The position numbers and the translations under genes are program-made. Positions 44,131-54,553 of a stretch of DNA of 64,000 nucleotides are shown here, piece by piece. The DNA is from Paramoeba atlantica (lineage: Eukaryota > Protista > Discosea), in assembly GCA_977017575.1 (NCBI GenBank), contig CDRNVI010000034.1, positions 186,001-250,000 of the forward strand, given 5' to 3'. The notes beneath the pieces were generated by a model that was not told the origin of the DNA, did no database searches, and saw only the letters and a list, made by a program, of their open reading frames with translations. Every line of letters starts with the position of its first letter. The first letter of the stretch is position 1.

Positions 44131-44769
44131 AATTTTTTTTCGATATTTTCTAGTATTTTAGAAACAGTAGTCAACCCGCTAGCTCCTTCTTACGTGGAGA
44201 TGGAGAGCAAAGCGCCTGTAAATACCCTTGCCCGGGCAGAGGCCACGAAGCAGTACGACACTCTCGCAGCAACACGCGGAATGAAACTCTTCCTGCTAGC
44301 CTTCTCGGAAATGAGACTCTTGCATTTCCACGGAAGTGCGGAGGGTACACCTCGGACAGAGACGGCCTTCTCCGCCATGCTATGGCCCTTGACATCGCCA
44401 TATAGCGTGGCAAAGCCCAAATAATTTCGGCCGGATAATAGTGGGAAATGAGTATCTTGTAGAGAGAATTGAATAAAATTCATCTACATATTACATCTAC
44501 ATGGAAGTGCCTATTTATACACTGTATTTTCACTGTTTTAGTTCACTTTTTTTTCAATACTCGAGAGTAGCGCGGTAGATATGCAATCATCACAATGTAC
44601 ACCACCACAATACAATAGCAATGTATAGCAATATTAGGAGTGACAAGAGGGCTCGTTTTAGAAGATAACCAATGAATATTCCTGCCTCCCTCGGAAGATT
44701 ACTACCACCGCCATAAGAGTGACTGACTTATTAAGTGGAGGGCACAGTACATTATTTTAATGAGATGGC

Positions 44770-45735
44770 CTACGTTTTCATGCGTGCTCCACGTTGTAAA
44801 GTTTGTCTAATTTCTTCGTTTAACTTGTCATAGGTGTATAGACGATTGTGTATGGGCACGCAAGAGGCACCCCCACTCATAGGCCATTCACTTTCAATGA
44901 TTTGCAGTAAGTACTTCAATGTACACTGGTCCCTTGATGACCGACAGTATCGCTCCGCGTATGTCTTATTCGAATCGGTCTCACTAATAGGCTCTGTACT
45001 TTTACCAAGAGTTGATTCAGCAGGGCCTGACTCTTTTTTAAGAAAGGGAAGATCGGTGTCTTTTCTGAGACGAAACTCAAAGGGTTGATGCAAGTGCATG
45101 CGGGCGGCGGCCAGAGCAGGTTCTAAAAGGTGCCGCGGAATCGTACGAGAAAGAAATGTTCGCTTTCGAGGATCTATGCGGCCCTGTGACTCGTAGAGCG
45201 CTTCTACCACTTGGTACTCCCCAAGTCGTTTTGAAAGTTGTGCGTACTGCTGGTGATATAACTTGGCTAGTGGCCAAAAGGCTTCCTTATTCCACTTACA
45301 TGTCGAGTGAAGTAGTGTGTTGCTTTTCTGGGCGTGCACTTCATTCGAGGTTTTTTGTTGACCGGAAATGGGCTTGTACTCGTTCGGATCCCAATAATGC
45401 CCCCCTCCCCTGCCTAACTCAGGCTCTGTTCCTGCCAAGGATTTACTATCCGGCCGTTTTCGCATAATTTGAACAATAGTGTAAGCGGCGTCATGCACTT
45501 CTTGTAGGTACGCCTCCACAGTAGCTAAGCTAAGGGTTTTGCATGCGGCCTGTTGAGAAGGTACCGTGCTTTCGTTGCACTTGTCTGCTCTGCAATAGTT
45601 GTATCGCGAAGTGGAAAAATCTCGAACATTTTTGAATAATAAGGTGCCGAATCCCGGTGGCACTAGCAGGAGTAAAGTACGTTTGTAACAGGACTGAAGC
45701 GATTGCGTAACACGTACTTGGCAAGACAAGCGCAT
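44770..45735 (-). CDS. Hypothetical protein, possibly mitochondrial
   Basis: 321 aa ATG ORF on the coding strand with Arg/Ser-rich N-terminus; no motif recognised. Confidence 0.7.
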   Translation of the reverse strand: MRLSCQVRVTQSLQSCYKRTLLLLVPPGFGTLLFKNVRDFSTSRYNYCRADKCNESTVPSQQAACKTLSLATVEAYLQEVHDAAYTIVQIMRKRPDSKSLAGTEPELGRGGGHYWDPNEYKPISGQQKTSNEVHAQKSNTLLHSTCKWNKEAFWPLAKLYHQQYAQLSKRLGEYQVVEALYESQGRIDPRKRTFLSRTIPRHLLEPALAAARMHLHQPFEFRLRKDTDLPFLKKESGPAESTLGKSTEPISETDSNKTYAERYCRSSRDQCTLKYLLQIIESEWPMSGGASCVPIHNRLYTYDKLNEEIRQTLQRGARMKT

Positions 45736-46226
45736 GGTAAAAATGTTTCAACGAAACGGTGAAGAAACACGTGTAAATTTATGCATGAAAGTGATACGTG
45801 ATGTGTGCATGCATATTCACCCAAAACTCAGCCCTGTTTTAAAACGGTTTTAGACAGTTCTAAAAGTCTTAAAAAATGTTTAAGGTGTATAAGTTTATAC
45901 ACCTTCTTGGCGTTCAGAATTTTGAAATGCACACATTAACATTACTTTTAGTAAATTTTTCAAGGAGTTTTCTTTTCAGAAAAAAATTTAGCATAAACAT
46001 TTTTTGATGAATGCAGTCGAAAGCATTCTTTTGATTTATGCGAAGCGTTCTTTTGATTTATGTACACACATACTGTACCCCCGTAGTTAGCACACACGTC
46101 ACCCCCCCTAGTTATCTGTGACTTTTTAAAAATAGTAGTTTTAATAATTAAAGTTAAATAGTATAGAGTAAAGCAATTGCAAGAAAAAGAACTCTTTTTC
46201 ACGTTTTCTGACCCTTTTGAAAAATC

Positions 46227-46870
46227 ATGGATCACGCAGAAGGAGAGGAAGATCTAAAAGAGTGTCTCAAGCTTGTTGAACCTGTTCCGGTATCTCACGG
46301 AGATTTGTTTGACATCTTTGCAGCTTCGACGAAACGAGTATACGTGAAGCGCAAAGATGTATTTACTAGACCTTGTTTGACGATCAGTGAGGAAGAATTA
46401 AATTCCAAAATTGAGGGCATTACGGATCGTGTGGGGCGATCCTTAGACACTTTTCTGCACGGGAAACGAATCCTGTGTGGCGTGTCCGTGACGCCAAAAA
46501 AGAGCGAAAAGCGCTACACCTCATCGATCGTCGTGGTCATCTTATTCTAGATGAACGTCCTCGAGCCGTGTACTTTCTCGTGGAAGCAGCTCAGGACCTT
46601 GAAAAACATCTTTCAGAGAATCCTCTGTACGCCCCAGTTCGAGCAAGTGAGGTTCAAGACTTCGTTCTGAGCTTTTGGCGCACATACACGGGAAATCGCT
46701 CTCTCGCATGCGCACAATGGCGAAAGAGTCGTTCTAGTGGCGTTGCGGAAAGTGAGTGTGCTCAGCAGGACGAAGACGCTCCCCAATCCTCCCCAGTAGC
46801 TCCATCCCGTAAACGTCGTAATATTGTGTTCCCGTGTGGGATGCTAATCCCCAAGTGGGACGTACTATAA
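46227..46870 (+). pseudogene. Frameshifted ORF pair of unknown origin, probably element cargo
   Basis: Overlapping ORFs 46227-46550 and 46475-46870 downstream of a TA-ctgtaccccc TIR-like end at ~46073. Confidence 0.3.
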
Positions 46871-47078
46871 AACGTAGTCGAGTTTTTTTCTGTAAAACAT
46901 GATAAAAAACGTTTACAAATGCCCCATTTATAAATATATTTTCGCAGGATTACGTTGAGATGTACTTTTAATGTGAAGACATTACAACCTATCATGTAAG
47001 CAAGTAAACATAATGTTGGATAAACACGTACATTTCAAATAATCCTAGCCGTAAATTTCAAAGCAAAATTATCGCACT

Positions 47079-48230
47079 ATGACTGATCTGCCCTCTCTGC
47101 TTTCGCTCTCTCGCCTCGGAAAGTTCGTAGCTGAGTGTAAGGCCGGGGACATAATAGCGGTGGCCTGGTCCTCAGATAAGGTTCCCCGCGGAGAATTGTG
47201 GAAAGGGACAGTGAAAACGGTCGGAGACGAGAAGACTACCATGTCCGTAGATTATGGGAAATTCGGAGATCTCGCTTTCCCCCTACCAACGCAAGTGTCC
47301 ACGCTGTTGACAAGCTTCCCGGAGATTCGTACTCCGCTGCGATGGAGAGAGTGGGAGGGCGCGAGACGGGCACATTTGAACCGTTGGAACTGACGACCTA
47401 TGGGATGTTCCTTGATTGCCCCCCCGAAGCGCGTGATCGAAGTTTTGTGGAGCTAGATTTGCATCTGCGCCGCTATTTTGGTATCGGTGCAGCGGAACGG
47501 AATGCCCCGCGGTTCCATCAAGACGAACATAGAAAAAATGATCTCCTACTGGCTTTCCTCGCGTGGTCGCGAAATTCTATGAAAATGGGGATAATGTGGA
47601 AATCGGATTCGAATCTCGCTGTTGGGGATAATATACTGGCAGCTCTCATGGCCTACAAGATACGTGCTCAACGAGGAGATTGCAGAGTGTTTGCGCAGGC
47701 CCTGGAGGAAGCGAAACTCACAGGCGGACTACGCGGTCACTTGGTGGCTGCCATGACAAAAGCAATGGCGAAAAAATCGGACCCAAAAAACGACAGCTCA
47801 GGGCGACCCGCCGGCCCGAGTTACAAACCGCGCGAAAAGAAATTCTGACTAGAGGATTTCTCGAGGGGGACTATACAATATACGATACCTCAGTTTACCC
47901 CTCAATAAGGTGGCTACCCGCCACTCGGACTTGTACTCGGTCTTCTCGGGGAGCCGGATGCAACATGCTCCGGGGGGTTAAAACTTCTGGGGGCGTATAT
48001 AGGCGCCACGGAAGTAGTTGAAGAGGAATGGGTCCTCTCTAAGGTCCCTAAAGTCACAAATTTCTTGAGTAAACTGAAGGACTTGCCCAGACAGTGTGCC
48101 TTCCTCTTCTACGCCTATGAGGGAGCCCCCGGTGGAACTACATAGTTCGTACGCATGAACCGGAGGCAGACCGAACGCCTCAAAAGGCGCACTCACGAAG
48201 AAATGGCGGGGGCCAGGGAGATGAAAAAAA
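47079..48230 (+). mobile_element. Deleted CRE/SLACS-like retroelement: gag-like ORF1 plus RT remnant
   Basis: ORF1 broken near 47290; downstream GLKLLGAYIG and PRWNYIVRTHEP resemble the CRE RT C-terminal region. Confidence 0.55.
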
Positions 48231-48239
48231 AAGCGCTAA

Positions 48240-48850
48240 CACGCGAGCATTTCCCCACGCTTACTCCTTACGTCGAATGGTGCTACACATCGGAAAGTAA
48301 GCTTACCTTTTGGAACACGCGTCATTAAATCTCGTGAGGGTGTCCAGCAAGGATCTCGTGAGGGTGTCCACCCATTGGGCCCTCTTCTTTTCTCGTTGGT
48401 CATGAGGGAAGTCGCCTCAGTAATTCACGCAGCAGCCGCCAAATTAGACCTAAACCTCTGGTACCTGGATGATGGCATTTTGGCTGGCACTTCCTGTGAT
48501 GTGCGACACGCGTTCGACGTTATCGAAAAGAAGGGTCCACAATGGGGCCTACACCTCAACGCTGCCAAATGTGAGATTATTACCCACCCAGCATCTTCTC
48601 ATCGTTCTTCTGTTTTTCCCGATCTCCCTGGCCCTAACAAAAACCTCGAAGGCAATTTTTACTTTCTCGGAATCCCCGTTGGATCGCCAGAGTTTTGCCG
48701 TGAATATCTCGTCAACAAAGCGGTCGAAATGGCAGAAGATTCTCTGGACGCTATAACGCACCTCAAAGACCCCCAGGTTGCCTTATCCCTCATTCGTCAC
48801 TGCATTGGCTTCTGCCAGATGTTTACTCCCTACGAACAACCCCAACATCT
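48240..48850 (+). mobile_element. CRE-clade reverse transcriptase fragment
   Basis: YVEWCY..SREGVQQG (17 bp duplication) PLGPLLFSLV, WYLDDG, GLHLNAAKCE, LGIPVGS. Confidence 0.88.
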
Positions 48851-49027
48851 GAACTTCGGGATCTCTGTCGGCGCGGTAGACATAGCTGTAAAATTATTAA
48901 TATTTTTTTTGTTGAATAATAATTATTATTAAGAATTATTAATAGGGTCTTAGTAGGCAGATAGGGCATAAAAATACGATCGTCAGAATAGTTTACTCCC
49001 TCACATCCTTCTTTCTAATTCCGCTTC

Positions 49028-49300
49028 ATGCCAAGGAAGAATCCTGAAGGGGATCAACTCAGAAAACTTCGGTTCTTGAGAGACCCCAGAAATGACGTTT
49101 TCTGGCTATGTATAAAGTGCAAGAATGAAGGCCAACTTTTTGGACACAAGCGCATAAAAATATCTGCGGAGAACTCCCACTCGGTCCTCATTGAACACGT
49201 GAAGTCTGCCCACAGTAACTCGAGAGAAATTATCACCACCGATGCGCATCTGCAAGAGATTGAGACATTCCGGGTAAACGTGGCGCAAACACATGTATGA
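49028..49300 (+). mobile_element. BED zinc-finger ORF, hAT-type transposase N-terminal remnant
   Basis: W-x-C-x2-C...H-x4-H pattern (FWLCIKC...IEHVKSAH). Confidence 0.6.
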
Positions 49301-49383
49301 CTTAATGCTGGCTACAGTTTGAGTACAGGTGTCCCAATATTTTTTAATAAAAGCAGTCGAAATGTATCCTAAAAAAATAGATA

Positions 49384-49465
49384 CTGGCCCCCCCCGTTTA
49401 AGCGCACCTCGTTTTCCGTGAAAAGTGCGCTTAAACGGGGGGTTTAAATCAGTACATAAAAAATA
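49384..49465. mobile_element. End of the CTGT-family MITE
   Basis: Reverse complement of ~3090-3169 with a few substitutions. Confidence 0.8.
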
Positions 49466-50402
49466 CTTTTTGCTTGAAGGGACCTAAGGGGGTTAACATA
49501 TCACTTTCTCGTTCAAAATTCTGAGAGCTGCACGTTCCCTTCATTTTTAGATGATTTAAAAAAAGAATACAAAAAATTATTTTTTGCATCTTCATACCAT
49601 ACAATTTTGAGCAAACAAACACTCCGCGGCCAGGGGGCACAAGTGGATCAATATTAATAAAGAGCGGCAAAGCTATTTTCTAGGATGACGAGATCTCTCG
49701 TTTGCAACGAAAATCAGAAACAACAGATAAAAATAATTGAATTTCTCATGGGAGGAGAGGATTTGATTGCTTGAAATGTGAGAAATTGGTCTCTTGAAAA
49801 ATGTGAAGAAAGTGATACTCCGTCTATTGGATGCAGGCATTTGAGAGTTTTGTTTCCATGCTTTAACGCGCAAGGTCCTTGTGCTAGGATCTGCGAAATG
49901 CAACAAAAATGAGCTCAAACGGACACTTGGCTGAAAAGTTAGACGGGGGTGACTTTTCGCTGTGGGGGGTTATAAATTAGAACAAAAAAGAAAATTTATA
50001 GTTATATTTATAGAAATTATTAACAGGGTTCGAATTAACGAGAATGGTTACGCAAAAAGTCCTGATTAATGATTCTGCCTGATGGAAAAACGCTATAATT
50101 CTGCGATAAGCTACCTCGGAACGTGAGATCCAAGGCCCTTGTCGGAAGTGAGGGTCAAATATTTCTGCGGTGTTCTCCCCTCTATCCTAGCTTTTCCTGT
50201 TTTTTTCTTCAAAAACATAATTTTTTTTCTGAAAAATTAGGAATGGCATTTATAGAAATTAATGAGGAGTATTAAAAGTGAGAAGAGGGCTCGTTTTACA
50301 AGGTTACCAGTGAACATCCCAGCCTCCCTCGGAAAATTTATAGAAAATTCATGTGGAAAATCGTTTAATAGTTTTTTAATGGCAAACAGGTGGGGTAGTA
50401 TG

Positions 50403-50987
50403 CTAAAAGTCCAATCGAATCGTTTCCCCCAATATTTGACTTAGTTCATCATTTAGTCTTTTCAAAAGGCTGTGCCCGTTGCGGCTGCAAGCAGTACAAA
50501 TTTTTTCATTGTTTTCTTGTTCTATATTGTAGTGAAAAGGACCGCTAAGAGGAGAAGACAACCAAAGCTGTCGATTTGGAGCCTGCTTGTTTAGCACGTA
50601 TTTCCCTCTTGAGGTGTCAATGGAAAGGACTCCGCCCTCAAGGTTAACTTCCGTAATTTCATCAGGATAACGTTCCGACAACTCTTCTAACTGCTCAGAA
50701 ATCGCTTCAAGCACTTTCTCCACAGCTGCGTTGTACGCAACATCTGTGTATGCTGACATCCCGACGTCTCCGGTGGATGATGCAGAATTTAAAAATGGCG
50801 TTCTCGAGTAGTATCGCGCGAGTAAAAAAAATTGTGGTCCCACTACTCTCGCTAACGGACTAAATGGATGCAAATTAAATTTGTAAGGTGTCGATGAAGT
50901 GTAAGGTGTCGAAGTTGAAAATACTGTGCATTGACTCCAGCAAATATTTTTACGCGTTACATTCCGATACCTACTCAGGCGATGCAT
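50403..50987 (-). CDS. FXN: Frataxin
   Basis: GGVLSI..GKYVLNKQAPNRQLWLSSPLSGPFHY; presequence; first ATG at 50987. Confidence 0.95.
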   Translation of the reverse strand: MHRLSRYRNVTRKNICWSQCTVFSTSTPYTSSTPYKFNLHPFSPLARVVGPQFFLLARYYSRTPFLNSASSTGDVGMSAYTDVAYNAAVEKVLEAISEQLEELSERYPDEITEVNLEGGVLSIDTSRGKYVLNKQAPNRQLWLSSPLSGPFHYNIEQENNEKICTACSRNGHSLLKRLNDELSQILGETIRLDF

Positions 50988-51263
50988 ATAAAATACAGTA
51001 GTATATATCTGCAAGTGTAAATACAACTATTCTAATTTTTGCTAGGTAACCTACGGTTTATGTCAGCGAACTTAAAAGAGGGGCTGTGAGAGAGTCAAAA
51101 CAACCATAAGATCGCACCGTCCTATTTGATAAATTATTTAGACTAATACGATGTATTTAGTTTAGGCCATTACAATGAAGAATTCATACAGAACACAATT
51201 TCCCGTAAGTTCACTCTACAGTTGTAGACGCAAAACGCTGTGTAAAAGTGAAATTGTATGCGC

Positions 51264-54254
51264 TCATTTGCAGCTCCTAAAAAACTTGCCCGCATATTCC
51301 GTCGCCTTTTCTCTGACACTTTGTGCATCACCCTGGAATCCTCCCTGGGCGCAGCTCTCCTTACCCCCGCCTTTCCCAACGGAAGCCTTTACCCAAGCGA
51401 CAGCCGAAGCCTCTGATGATGTCACCTCGCCACCTGAACTTTGCCCTGTAGAATACCCCGGACGTACTTGAGTCACCACAAGGCCGCATTTTTTGCTGAA
51501 ATCATACCCCACAGCGAATACGCCACACAAACGAGAATTCGAGGAGAGAAGTACGCTGGTGGCACGTTGCACCAAATCTCTTGAGGGAGGGAGCTCCGTG
51601 CAAGGCCCCAAAATTGTCCATTGGGTGTCTGACGAAAGCGATGTTGCATGTCGCTGTGCCAGTTCCTCTACTATCACGAGTCGCGCAGCCTCATGCTTAC
51701 GTTTCAATCCGTTCGCGAGGTTAATTTGCGCATCCATACCTTCACGTAGTTTGTGCTTCACCAGTAACGGAGAAGTAGAGGCATTCACCGTGTCTCTTAG
51801 TTTGCTCAACGCCTTGACGGTGTCGTCCAGCTCCCCTGTAGAAATCCTTGTAATGTCATCGGCAAGACATTGGAGATGGGCGCTCCTCTCCCGTAGTTCG
51901 TCCTCGAACCGGACGCCAAGTGCAATGGACTCCACCGCCTGATCGCCACTGACGGCGACGATCCGGCGGATTCCTCGCATCAACGCGTCCTCGGAGAGAA
52001 GTACGAAGCTCCCTACCTCGCTGAGCGAGCGGAGATGGGTGCCGCCGCAGAGCTCAATGCTATACGGAAGAAGATAATCTGCGTCGCTGACGTGCTCCAG
52101 AACCTCCTCCACGGGGATTCCAATGGTTACTACCTTCACGATATCGCCGTATTTCTCGTCAAAAGCACTTCGGAGGGAGGGTATACCCTGGGCCACGGCC
52201 AGGGGGAGTTCTCTGGTATGTACCCTTAGGTCTTGCGCCACGGACGAACACAGCCGGTTCTCCACTTCGCGCAGCTCCTCGAGCTCGAGTTTCCTGCCCC
52301 AGGAGAAGTCAAAGCGGAGAGCGTCTTCGCCGACGTAGCTCCCACGCTGGTGCACTTCCCCAGACTCCGGATGTTGCAGCTGGAGCACTGCGCGTAGCGC
52401 GTGGTTAAGTTGGTGCGTCATTGTGTGGTTGGCTGCGACCCGGTGTCGACGAACTAAATCCACCTCCGTTGTGATGGTCTCCCCCACAGTAAGCGAACCG
52501 CTGTCAGAGGACGAGAAACCCCCGACGTGACATACATATCCACCCTGGTTGGACACTTTGGTTACGACAAACCCAGGCGTGAGGGTTCCGGTGTCGTAGA
52601 TCTGCCCCCCTGCCTCGGCGTAGAAATTGGTGCGGTCCAGTAACACGGCAAACTCTTCTGTGGAGCCCGTGATGTGCTGGACGAGTGTTCGGGACGATGT
52701 GGAGACAATCGCAACGACAGTCGCCTCCAGGCTTCGCCCCCAGTCATACTTTGCCTCGTCCTTCGTTGCCGGAACGCCTTCTCGCCGGAGGGTATCCAGT
52801 GTGGTGGGGTCCAGCACCGCGAATCCCGCCTTTGCTTTCTCCCCGGCTTCTTTTTTGTGCCGTTCCATAGCGTGATAAAACCCGCTCTCATCGAGCGACA
52901 GTCCCCGGGCATCGGCCATAAGTTTGGTGAGGTCCATAGGAAACCCGTACCGGTCATGCAGAATAAACGCCTCCACCCCCGGGACTACCCCCGTGTCGAC
53001 ACATCGCTGTGCGAGAGCATCAAAATGCCTCATCCCGGTTGTGTAGGTTCGCGCAAACGCGGTCTCCTCCTCCCTCAACACTGCGGCAACTTTGGCCAAC
53101 GTTTTTCCACAGTTCAGCTCGGGGAACGCCGGCCCCAGGGTTTTCTGCACCCCTGCGACGAGCTCGGAGAGAAACCCCTCCCGGGCCCCGAGGAACTCAT
53201 GCCCGAATCGTATGGCACGGCGCACAATACGACGCAGGACGAACCCGCGACCGCAGTTATCTGGCAGAGCCCCATCGGTGATCGCGCAGGTGAGCGTACG
53301 GATGTGATCCGCGACGACGCGATAGGCCATCGCGTGTTCCGCTTTCTCTGTGTTGGATAGATTGATATTCTCGGCGTCCTCGGTGGTACACAGGACTTTG
53401 TAGGGGTGGGGGTAAGCCGTGACATGTTGGATATGCTCAAACAGCGGCGTCCAGAGATCGGTGTCGTAGTTACTGGGGACATGCTGCAGCACCGAGAGCA
53501 GACGCTCCAGGCCCATGCCGGTGTCGACGTGGGTGGTGGGGAGTGGGGTGATGGCACCTCCCGGGAGGCGTTCGTACTGCATAAAGACCAGATTCCAGAG
53601 CTCAATAACGTTCGGGTCGTCTTGGTTGACCAGATCTGAGGCGTCACGATCGCCGAGACGGTCATAGTGGATTTCTGTACAGGGACCACAGGGTCCGGTC
53701 TCACCCATCTCCCAAAAGTTATCTTTAAGGTTTCCAGGGAGGATACGTTCCGGAGGGAAATACATTTCCCAGGCCTCTTTTGTTTCCACATCGCATGGCA
53801 GCCCCTCGGACTGGCATCCCTCAAAGTACGTCACGTAGAGTCGATCAGGGGGAATATCATAGACTTGGGTGAGCAGGAGCCAGGCTCGGTGGATAGCCTC
53901 GCGCTTGAAATACGTGGAGTCCCCGAAGGACCAGTTTCCGAGCATCTCGAAAAAGGTATGGTGATAAGTGTCACGGCCGACGTCCTCCAAGTCATTGTGT
54001 TTGCCACCCGCTCGGATGCATTTCTGGCTGTTCGTCGCGCGTCGGAGTTTTCCAAACTCCGTGTTCGGGTCGGCGGCTCCCAGGAAGATACTTTTAAATT
54101 GATTCATACCAGCGTTAGTGAAGAGAAGTGTCTTGTCGCTCTCTGGTACTACTCTAGAGGAGGGCACAAAGCGATGATCACACTGGTTAACGAAATAATC
54201 AATGAACGCGCGGCGTGTTTTCTCCGCGGGCCATTTAAGTTTTGATTCACTCAT
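51264..54254 (-). CDS. AARS: Alanyl-tRNA synthetase
   Basis: LLFTNAGMNQFK, QKCIRAGGKHNDL, FFEMLGNWSFG, DTGMGLERL, editing ANHTMTH and ELCGGTH, GGGK; first ATG at 54254. Confidence 0.97.
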   Translation of the reverse strand: MSESKLKWPAEKTRRAFIDYFVNQCDHRFVPSSRVVPESDKTLLFTNAGMNQFKSIFLGAADPNTEFGKLRRATNSQKCIRAGGKHNDLEDVGRDTYHHTFFEMLGNWSFGDSTYFKREAIHRAWLLLTQVYDIPPDRLYVTYFEGCQSEGLPCDVETKEAWEMYFPPERILPGNLKDNFWEMGETGPCGPCTEIHYDRLGDRDASDLVNQDDPNVIELWNLVFMQYERLPGGAITPLPTTHVDTGMGLERLLSVLQHVPSNYDTDLWTPLFEHIQHVTAYPHPYKVLCTTEDAENINLSNTEKAEHAMAYRVVADHIRTLTCAITDGALPDNCGRGFVLRRIVRRAIRFGHEFLGAREGFLSELVAGVQKTLGPAFPELNCGKTLAKVAAVLREEETAFARTYTTGMRHFDALAQRCVDTGVVPGVEAFILHDRYGFPMDLTKLMADARGLSLDESGFYHAMERHKKEAGEKAKAGFAVLDPTTLDTLRREGVPATKDEAKYDWGRSLEATVVAIVSTSSRTLVQHITGSTEEFAVLLDRTNFYAEAGGQIYDTGTLTPGFVVTKVSNQGGYVCHVGGFSSSDSGSLTVGETITTEVDLVRRHRVAANHTMTHQLNHALRAVLQLQHPESGEVHQRGSYVGEDALRFDFSWGRKLELEELREVENRLCSSVAQDLRVHTRELPLAVAQGIPSLRSAFDEKYGDIVKVVTIGIPVEEVLEHVSDADYLLPYSIELCGGTHLRSLSEVGSFVLLSEDALMRGIRRIVAVSGDQAVESIALGVRFEDELRERSAHLQCLADDITRISTGELDDTVKALSKLRDTVNASTSPLLVKHKLREGMDAQINLANGLKRKHEAARLVIVEELAQRHATSLSSDTQWTILGPCTELPPSRDLVQRATSVLLSSNSRLCGVFAVGYDFSKKCGLVVTQVRPGYSTGQSSGGEVTSSEASAVAWVKASVGKGGGKESCAQGGFQGDAQSVREKATEYAGKFFRSCK

Positions 54255-54553
54255 GTGGGTAACTACCGAAGCGCGGGTAAACGTTCGGTACAACGAATTT
54301 AGGTTAGATGACGAAAAACAAAGAAAAGTCAAAGAAAAAAGTTGAAGTGTAAACCGAAGTTGCTTTCATACTGTGTGTAAGAACTATCAATTGTGGCTTC
54401 ATTTTGCCATGGACTCCATATTAAATATGGATAAATATTATTTGTACCAAATACTATTTACTACGAAATACGCCTAAAAAATTGTGCTGGATTCAAAAAA
54501 CCTGTAATTCAAGAAAGTCTGACTTTTTGAATTACAGTAAAACTTTCAAAGTC

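Noticed and set aside
47820-47860. Programmed -1 frameshift between gag-like ORF1 and downstream frame
   Set aside because: No canonical X XXY YYZ slippery heptamer, and the element is heavily deleted
54255-54332. TTG-initiated N-terminal extension of AlaRS as a non-AUG mitochondrial isoform
   Set aside because: Segment coincides with the polypyrimidine tract and an AG lies 8 nt before the ATG, so it is more simply the trans-splice signal
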